In this document: one piece after another, positions 10,463 to 17,388 of the stretch
Layout of the letters: each line of letters begins with the position of its first letter
Position numbering within the stretch: position 1 is the first letter of the stretch
Assembly: GCF_000143415.4 (NCBI RefSeq)
Contig: NW_003314336.1
Location: 637,620 to 655,007, forward strand
DNA: 17,388 nucleotides
Direction of reading: 5' to 3'
From: Selaginella moellendorffii
Taxonomy: Eukaryota > Plantae > Lycopodiophyta
Notes under the pieces: generated by a model
Told to the model about the DNA's origin: nothing
Seen by the model: the letters and a program-made list of their open reading frames with translations, nothing else
Database searches by the model: none
Made by a program: the position numbers and the translations under genes

Positions 10463-10574
10463 TGACACGAACCACGGGAATATTCCAAGAATATTCTATG
10501 GCCTGTGGGATTTAAGGCCGTAACGCCTTAAGGGTTGGGAGGTTGGCCTAGGGTTCGCTCTCTTGTTCGTTTCA
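10463..10574 (+). repeat. Element C 3' LTR
   Basis: Direct repeat of 7238-7349. Confidence 0.98.
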
Positions 10575-10579
10575 AGGGA

Positions 10580-10723
10580 GAACACGGTGCAGAAGGTAGG
10601 TTATATTTTTGGGTTCTATTTTCTCCTCTCTCCTCTTCTGATTTCTCTCTTTTCCTCCTTTGTATTTCTCTTCCATGGAATATATCGGTGATTCTTGCCA
10701 AGAGATCTAGGCAGATCTCAACA
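10580..10723 (+). repeat. Element B 5' LTR, second part
   Basis: Matches 15197-15340 with 10 mismatches (hand count); ends CAACA. Confidence 0.97.
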
Positions 10724-10724
10724 G

Positions 10725-10736
10725 TGGTATCGGAGC
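10725..10736 (+). promoter_or_regulatory. Element B primer-binding site (tRNA-iMet type)
   Basis: TGGTATCGGAGC one base after the LTR end. Confidence 0.93.
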
Positions 10737-10995
10737 AACACTACCGATCGCATTGGGTGTACTAGGCAAGGGTTTGGCATCATGGTGAAGGATGGGGCTA
10801 ATGGAGGCGATCCTAAAAAGGATTTTGGTTCTGGGAGTCTTAGCAGATGTCATTTTCAGCCAGTTAATTAGACAGATTGGCAGCGTGACTGACTTAGAGT
10901 CAGTTATCCCTTTGTTATCTCTCGTATGCGCGCTATGGCAAAATAGGGTTTCTTCATAAATTGCTTCCCCAGCATCCTTGGCAAAATTTGTAAAT

Positions 10996-11346
10996 ATGAG
11001 GCCAAGAAAGAAGCAGATCGAGGCCACCACACTAAAGGATGAGGAGCTAGAGCAAGTTTTTGATCCAGATCAGGTGCGTGACCAAGAAGGGGAAAGGTAA
11101 GAGCAAGGATTGATAATCCAGCAATTGGAATCTACCATGGAAGCACTGAGCGAGCAGAATCTTCCTCACCAGCAGCAGGTCATAGCTACAATCCAATACA
11201 TGCAAGTTTCAGTCTAGTCGTTAGTGGATTGACAGGATGAAAGCATAGCAGCGATGCGTCTTTTAGTGGAGAAGCAGCAGACTTTGGAATCTCGGCTCGA
11301 GGAGCTCCAGATTACTTCCTCTAATTTACCGTCAGTAGAAGATTGG
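10996..11346 (+). pseudogene. Probable N-terminal coiled-coil part of element B Gag
   Basis: MRPRKKQIEATTLKDEELEQ..QQLESTMEAL..LVEKQQTLESRLEELQ; three stops, all explicable by C>T; located where gag is expected after the PBS. Confidence 0.65.
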
Positions 11347-12022
11347 CCATTCTTCTTGCTGCTTTGCTGCTTGTTCTTCAGCTGTGGACAATCAATCTTG
11401 TAGTGTCCAAGCTCACTGCAATGATGACAACTTTGTCTATAATTCTTCACAAAGAACTTCTGCTTCTTGGACCCCTTTGCATTCGAAGTAATCACCACCA
11501 ACTTCAACTTGTGATGCTTGTTTCCATCCTTGTGTCCACGGCAATCATTACAATGATTCTCGAAAGAAGGACTCCTCAAATGCTTGCAAGACTTGTGCTT
11601 GTCATTATCAAGTCGACAAGCCACATCAAAGAGCTCCTCCAACCTCTTTGTAGGCTGAGAATGACACAAGTGTTGCCGCATGCTTTCACTATAAAGGCCA
11701 TCAATAAAGTAGGATTTGTTTTGATATGGATCCTTTGTTAGAACACAGCTAATCAAGTGAGTAAGTTTCTCAATATAGTCCCCAAGCATCATTTTCCTTT
11801 GCTGGAAATGTTGAAGTTCTGTGCAAGCATTCTTCACATCATGGTGAGGGGCAAAATGTAAATAGAAAGCAGCCTCAAACTCATCCATGGTAGACATTAG
11901 TGGTTTTTTACCTACAACATGAAACTCCTCAAGCCAATTCCACCATTGAAGACCCACATTATGCAAAACCATTGGAATAGCCACTAAAGCCTCTGCATCC
12001 GGAGTTCCCTTAGCTTCTTCAC
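11347..12022 (-). pseudogene. gag: Antisense gag core (capsid and CCHC knuckle) inside element B
   Basis: Within ORF 11214-12044(-): LHNVGLQWW..DEFEAAFYLHF..ELQHFQQ..LGDYIEK..FIDGL..LEELFDVA; CHHCSELGHYKIDC at 11429-11388. Confidence 0.9.
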
Positions 12023-12023
12023 A

Positions 12024-15000
12024 TTGGTTAGCCAAGCAAGACACTCGTCCACACTACCATCACCGGGAAAGGTTGGAATCTAGAGTCAATCTACCAAGGA
12101 AGGCTTACTTGGAGCACTACCATGTCTAGCCTCAAGTGCCTTAACACACCCACACATGGCATTTTCATTAATCGAGGTGGAGGAGGCAGTGGCAAATATA
12201 AAGACTTCATCCATGCATGCAGATATCAAGGTAGTGGCAATCCAGCATGCCCGTGTTTTCACCCAGAAGATTAGTAATTGTTCCAGTGAAGTCACTGGGA
12301 TCACACATTGGATTGAGTTAGAACCACACTCCATCACAGTTAACTCTCCAATAATTCGTCTAAGTAGAGAGGAACAAGCCATCGTTAATACCATGGTGGA
12401 GGAATTACAACAGGAAGGGTTGGTGGAGGAAAGCAATAGTGCATTTGCATCTCTTGTGCTTCTCGTCCTTAAGAAGGATGGTTCATGGAGATTGGTGGTG
12501 GATTACAGGGCCGATAACTGTCAAGAACAGGTTCCCCATTCCCAGGGTAGATGAGCTTGGCAGCGCCAAGTTCTTTTCCAAGATTGACCATTGTTCTGGT
12601 TACTATTAGATTGCCATGCAGGATGAGGACAAGGCCAAAACAGCATTCAGGACTCACTAAGGATTGTTTCAATTCAGAGTAATGCCTTTTGGCCTTACTA
12701 ATCGCCTGCTACGTTTCAAAGTCTCATGAACAAGCTCTTGGCTAAGTATCTCTTCCAGTTCATTATAGTTTTTTTTTTATAACATACTAATCTATAGTCA
12801 GGACTGGACATAACACTTGCATCACTTGGAAGTGATTTTATCCATTTTGGAGAACAATGCTTTGGTTGCAAAGTTATCCAAGTTCTTTTGGACTGAAGAC
12901 CATTCAGTACCTTGGATTTTGTGTAGGACATGGCAAGGTATGGGCTGATCCATCAAAATTGCAAGTTGTTGCAGATTGGCCACTTCCAAAATCTTTGAAG
13001 CAGATACGAGCTTTTTATGGTTTTGCAAGTTATTTACGTCACTTTATCGAACACTTTGCCTCTATTGTGGCTCTGCTCAGCAATATTTTGCACTCTTCTA
13101 CTTTTCAATGGTCAGATGCAGCCCAAGAATCATTTGAGTTGTTGAAGCAACGACTTCTAGGTGCACCATTACTTTCGCTTCCTGATTTCTTGCAGCCTTT
13201 CACTGTTGAGATTGATGCGTCAGATGCAGGAATTGGAGCAATTCTCCGCCAAGGAGAGGAACTGGTGGCCTTCGATAGTTGTCGCTTCTCTGTTCAAAAG
13301 TCCAGGTTACCAGTGTATGAATAGGAAATGCTAGCAGTTATTCATGCCATCAATTGCTAGTGCCACTATTTGTTGCCTTGACGGTTTACGCTCCAGACAG
13401 ACCATCACAGCCTCAAATTTATTTTGGAGCAACAACATTTGTCCAAGAAACAGCAACGTTGGGTGGAGCAACTGCAAGTATTGGATTTCACTATTGAGTT
13501 TCGGCCAGGGAAAAGCAACATCCTTCCTAATGCGTTATCACAATGATTTGAACGTACTGAAGCATCAACATTGTCTAGTATTTCTAGACAGGAAGCAGCA
13601 TATGTTGATAAGATTCACAAAGGCTACTCGCTGGATCCGACACTTTTGGGTATTTGGCAACAGTTTTGCAACAATCCTAACTATACACATGACAAGCTAA
13701 TTTATCATGAGAACTTATTATGGCGAAAGGGTCTTATAGTTCTCAGTTTGAGCCACAACTTACACAAGGAAATCTTCCACGAGTGTCATGCAAACATTTT
13801 GCTAGGACATCCTGGTTTTCGGGGAACAACAGCCACAATCAAACAGTGGTTTTATTGGAAGGGACTCCAACGGGAAGTTTGTGAATGGATTCAAGCTTGC
13901 CCAACCTGCCAAATGCAGAAAGCTGAGACAGTTGCGACACCAGGTTTGTTGGTTCCCTTGCCAACTACTTTTTCATCCTTAGACAACATTTCAATGGACT
14001 TCATTGTGGGCCTCCCAACTGTGCATGGCTTCGATGCTATTTTTGTCATTGTGGACCGTTTTTCTAAAGTGGCATGCTTTATTCCTACATCCTCAACTAG
14101 CTCAGCACAACAAACAGCTGAATCCTTTTGGTCTGAGGTAGTTCGGCATCACAGTCTTCCATTAGATGTGGTGTCAGATCGCGATACTAAGTTTTTGAGT
14201 GCGTTTTGGATGGCAACTTTCCACCACTTGGGAGTGAAGCTGAACTTCTCCACTGCGTATCGCCCCCAGACTGATGGTCAGACCGAGCAAACCAATCAGA
14301 CGCTGGAAGTATTTCTCCACAGCTACACTAGGGACAAGCCTCGTTCGTGGTTGCAGTGGCTGCCATTTGCAGAGTTTGCTTACAACACTGCTTTTCACTC
14401 ATCTATCGGTATGGCTCCATTCATAACTCTTTATGGGAAAGAAATTTGGAAGTTTCCAATCCTGGATGAAACTTCAGGAGAACAGGATGTCCTACAGCAT
14501 ATTCAAGAGATGGAAGCTTTTCAGATTCTACTCCATAAGCAATTGGACGCAGCCCGTCAATCTATGAAGGTGATAGCTGATCATTTGAGATCATTCCGGT
14601 CATTCCAGGTGGGTGACTTTGTTTACGTCAAATTTCATCCAGAGAGGCATACTTTGGGACATTAGGCTTCAGCTCGTTCGAAGTTACATCCAAAGTTCTT
14701 TGGACTGTTTGAGGTGATAGCTCAAGTCAATGAGATTGCTTACAAGTTGCAGCTTCCCAACTCATCACGGCTACATGACATTTTCCATGTCTCTGAGCTG
14801 AAGCTTCACATGGGACCATCACCAACTCCCAGCGGTTCTATTACTTGACTAGAGCCTCAGGTGGTATCAGGTGACCACACCCTCCTTCAGCCAGAGGTAG
14901 TGGTAGCAGTGGACTTTATTACTCTTTGCAAATGTCGTATTCCTCGCTTCTAAATTTGCTGGTCGGGAACTGATTCATCATTCGACACCTGGGTTGATCA

Positions 15001-15063
15001 GAAGCAGTTTCACCAGCTCTACACTCTCTTTCAGTGGGAACCACTTCTTCCTGCGACTGTTGA
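12024..15063 (+). pseudogene. pol: Element B pol: linker, RT, RNase H, integrase and chromodomain (no protease)
   Basis: KKDGSWRLVVDYRA; KTAFRTH; MPFGLTN; YxDD site destroyed in the T-run at ~12769-12785; FTVEIDASDAGIGAIL; TDHHSL; GHPG..CPTC; SMDFIVGLP; VSDRDTKF; PQTDGQTE; FHVSELK; PEVVV..ICWSGTDSSFDTWV at ~14890-14995. Multiple stops and small deletions. Confidence 0.95.
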
Positions 15064-15084
15064 GGGACCAGCAGACAATTTTTC

Positions 15085-15097
15085 AGGAGGGGTGTGA
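15085..15097 (+). promoter_or_regulatory. Element B polypurine tract
   Basis: AGGAGGGGTGTGA immediately before the 3' LTR. Confidence 0.85.
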
Positions 15098-15340
15098 TGT
15101 TAGGAAGCGTTCTCATCACTTCCATGGATGGTTTTGGCCTGGACAGTTTAGGCTTGGTTAGCATGGTACAGCAAGGATTCCTCATAAAAGGAGGGAGAAC
15201 ATGGTACGGAAGGTAGGTTATATTTTTGGGTTCTATTTTCTCCTCTCTCCTCTTCCGATTTCTTTCTTTTCCTCCTTTGTATTTCTCTTCCATGGAATAT
15301 ATAGGTGATTCCTACCAGGAGATCTGGGCAGATCTCAACA
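15098..15340 (+). repeat. Element B 3' LTR (uninterrupted)
   Basis: TGTTAG...CAACA, 243 bp, followed by TSD CTAGG. Confidence 0.98.
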
Positions 15341-15345
15341 CTAGG

Positions 15346-15800
15346 GTCTCAAACCGTGTCAAGAACAACTTCATGAGGGTGTCAAAGTCTGCTGCTTGCC
15401 ATTGCAACACATTCAACTACCATAATAATGCCTGTCCTGAGAGAGATAATTGAAAATAAGCTACTTGTGTCTCATCTGGGATTGCCATTGCTTCAAGGAA
15501 TGATTTGATGCTCTCCACATGTAATTGAGGCTCTTCTTCAACATCTCCCTTGAATTTTGGCAGGATAGCAACTGTGTGAGCATCAAGAACATTCCAGCTG
15601 GTGTAGCCATAGCACAGATCTTCTTCTTTGTCAATGGCAACTTGCACATTTCTTCGAATTCTTTTTGAGAGATTTAATCCTAGATCATGTTCCTATTGCT
15701 AGCACAAGAAATCACACCCTCCCCATCAACATCCCAGGGCAGTTCATGAAGATCTTGATTGCATGCACCTAGAACCCAATCCTAAAACTCTTTGATCCAT
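15346..15800 (-). pseudogene. gag: Element A gag, 5' part
   Basis: LPKFKGDVEEEPQLHV..YFQLSLSGQALLW*..DFDTLMKLFLTRF; candidate ATG at 15800 is in frame. Confidence 0.88.
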
Positions 15801-15973
15801 TTTAAGACCGTTGATCCATAACTTTCTATTTCCTATCAGATCTAGCTGATCCATTCAGAAGGATCCCAAAACTATCCCATTTCTTTCATACCTTCCTTAG
15901 AAGAGCTTTATGTCCCAAATGTAGCAGAAAAGACCACCCAGGCAGCAGCCTCAAGATCCAAAGGCTGCTCATA

Positions 15974-15990
15974 TCCTGTTAGGTGTGCCA
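15974..15990 (-). promoter_or_regulatory. Putative element A primer-binding site (possibly tRNA-Arg type, CpG-decayed)
   Basis: Minus strand TGGCACACCTAACAGGA, ~190 bp upstream of gag and 2 bp from the putative LTR end. The tRNA identity is an inference. Confidence 0.5.
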
Positions 15991-15992
15991 AA

Positions 15993-16352
15993 GGTGGGAA
16001 GCTATTTCATTTCCTTGCTTCAAAAACGGGTACAAAGGTAGTGACCCTACTCTCTCTCCTCTCTTTTATATCACTGTACAGGTCTATCTAGACATTTATA
16101 CCATACCATCTCCCCTCCTACTCAGAAGTCCCATGCTGTCAGAGGCTAAAGGCAATTATAAACACAACTATCTATCTATCCAAAGAGTAATGCCATACTT
16201 AAATTTCTAGGTGATAGAGTGTTAGTGTGCTTGCTGGATAGCATGTGTGACTTGACCATGCTCAATATCTCTAAAAATCTTATGTAGCCCCATTTTATGT
16301 AGCAGAATTTCCATATATGATAATGACAAGGGTAAGTAGGCATGTGACCACA
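15993..16352 (-). repeat. Putative element A 5' LTR
   Basis: Termini (G)GTGG...CCACA form a near-perfect terminal inverted repeat; minus-strand TATAAAA at 16070-16064; adjacent PBS; AT-rich DNA starts right after. No second copy confirms it. Confidence 0.45.
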
Positions 16353-17033
16353 CTATTTTTCAAAAATGCCTTTCAGTTTTGAAATATATATATAGATTTG
16401 ATTCTTTGTTGTCATATTGATTCATAAATATCATCGGATAGGCATCCAATCCAATTGGCACAAGATCAATACACTACACACTCTTACTCCTTTTAAGGAT
16501 TTATTATGAAAATATATCATGCTCATACAAGAGAAATGGGGACATTTATTTTTCTGTAGTATTAAGCAAATTACAAATGCTATAGAAATTTCTATATTGC
16601 AGACTTGTTAGTGTTTTTTACTCTACTGATCATTTTTTTCTTATCTGTTGCTAAAGTGTTATCTTGGAAGTAACATGAGGTATTTTTACCAATAGTGATA
16701 ATAATATCTATAATAGTGTAATATAGAGATTATGATAGTTAAATGAAGTTAATATTCTCATTTGCCTTTCTACTTCAACTATTACTAATAAATCATTTGT
16801 CATTGATAAACTAATACTTACTTCATCCCCTCAAAACCCTAAATATATTCTTTGACTGATTTCTAGCTGTTAAAATGTTTCCACTTCTTGATTAGTATTT
16901 GAATTAGTTTCATTACAATAGCTAACACGAAGTATAATATATAAGTATGATTTTAAATGGTGAACTATATAGTATCAAGAATAATATGGATTTAAAGAAG
17001 AAATCATTTTAATTTTAAATTTATTTAAGTAAA

Positions 17034-17194
17034 TATGATGTATGTATGTATGTATATATATATATGTATATATATATATGTGTATATATATATATGTGTA
17101 TATATATATATGTGTATATATATATATGTGTATATATATATATGTGTATATATATATATGTGTATATATATATATGTGTATATATATATATGTG

Positions 17195-17241
<47 letters not shown>

Positions 17242-17258
17242 GTATATATATGTATGTG

Positions 17259-17292
<34 letters not shown>

Positions 17293-17314
17293 TATATGTA
17301 TATGTATATATATA
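17034..17314. repeat. Compound (TA)n microsatellite with periodic TG/TGTG interruptions
   Basis: Direct reading; central units are ~16 bp, TGTG(TA)6. Confidence 0.98.
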
Positions 17315-17388
17315 GGGGGTGTAAATAAGTAAGGGGGGGTAGGGAAAAAAAAGGGAAAAAAAGGGGAAAAAAAAAAAAAAAAAAGGGG
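17315..17388. repeat. G/A homopolymer low-complexity tract
   Basis: G3-7 runs alternating with A7-16 runs up to the window end. Confidence 0.8.

Larger units (their letters stand above)
7238..10574 (+). mobile_element. Element C: 3337-bp non-autonomous chromovirus (gag, RNase H remnant, integrase and chromodomain; no protease or RT)
   Basis: 112-bp TG...CA LTRs; TSD AGGGA at 7233-7237 and 10575-10579 (single copy at the equivalent site in B's 3' LTR); PBS 7351-7362; PPT 10449-10462. Confidence 0.97.
7139..15340 (+). mobile_element. Element B: Ty3/gypsy chromovirus with both LTRs and TSD, internally rearranged
   Basis: TG...CA LTRs of 243 bp; TSD CTAGG at 7134-7138 and 15341-15345; PBS 10725-10736; PPT 15085-15097; RT-RH-INT-chromodomain order. 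Confidence 0.97.
1617..16352 (-). mobile_element. Element A: degenerate Ty3/gypsy non-chromovirus (Tat-like) LTR retrotransposon, interrupted by B at 7139-15340; 3' LTR not identified
   Basis: Collinear minus-strand gag, protease, aRH, RT, RH and integrase motifs, with many CAG/CAA/CGA/TGG-derived stops and frameshifts. The gag frame runs on across the B insertion once one CTAGG copy is removed (..LFLTRFETL|ESKDSV..). Confidence 0.9.

Noticed and set aside
11342-12027. ATTGG as the TSD of a separate transposon
   Set aside because: The enclosed segment has no LTR, TIR or poly(A). The DNA after 12024 is in frame with RT with one stop, which favours inversion with deletion. Kept only as an alternative.
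11214-12044. 276-aa ORF as an intact or domesticated gag gene
   Set aside because: Both ends run past the breakpoints into antisense B sequence. It has no native start, lacks the capsid N-terminus and shows His/Cys-rich CpG decay.
16353-17033. AT-rich stretch with a telo-box-like AAACCCTAA at ~16835 as a host promoter or intron
   Set aside because: No linked exon or ORF; a single short motif is expected by chance.
17035-17332. Three ORFs rich in Y/I/M/C/V
   Set aside because: Translations of the TA/TG microsatellite.

Overview
Land-plant-type (inferred) heterochromatic DNA made almost entirely of three nested, decayed Ty3/gypsy LTR retrotransposons; no host gene is supported. Element A (outer, minus strand, ~1617-16352) is an old Tat-like non-chromovirus. 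Read by hand through its stops and frameshifts, its domain order is Gag(capsid, CCHC) - G-patch - protease - additional archaeal-type RNase H (aRH) - RT - degenerate native RNase H - integrase. Neither the G-patch nor the aRH appears in the ORF track. Element B (plus strand, 7139-15340, 243-bp LTRs, TSD CTAGG) is a chromovirus inserted in A's gag; its gag core (11347-12022) lies antisense and it has no protease. Element C (plus strand, 7238-10574, 112-bp LTRs, TSD AGGGA) is inserted in B's 5' LTR and carries Gag, an RNase H remnant and a chromo-integrase but no protease or RT. B and C share a variant tRNA-iMet primer site, TGGTATCGGAGC. The flanks hold a possible fourth LTR end (~696-712), a modular direct/inverted repeat cluster (1131-1283), AT-rich DNA and a long TA microsatellite.
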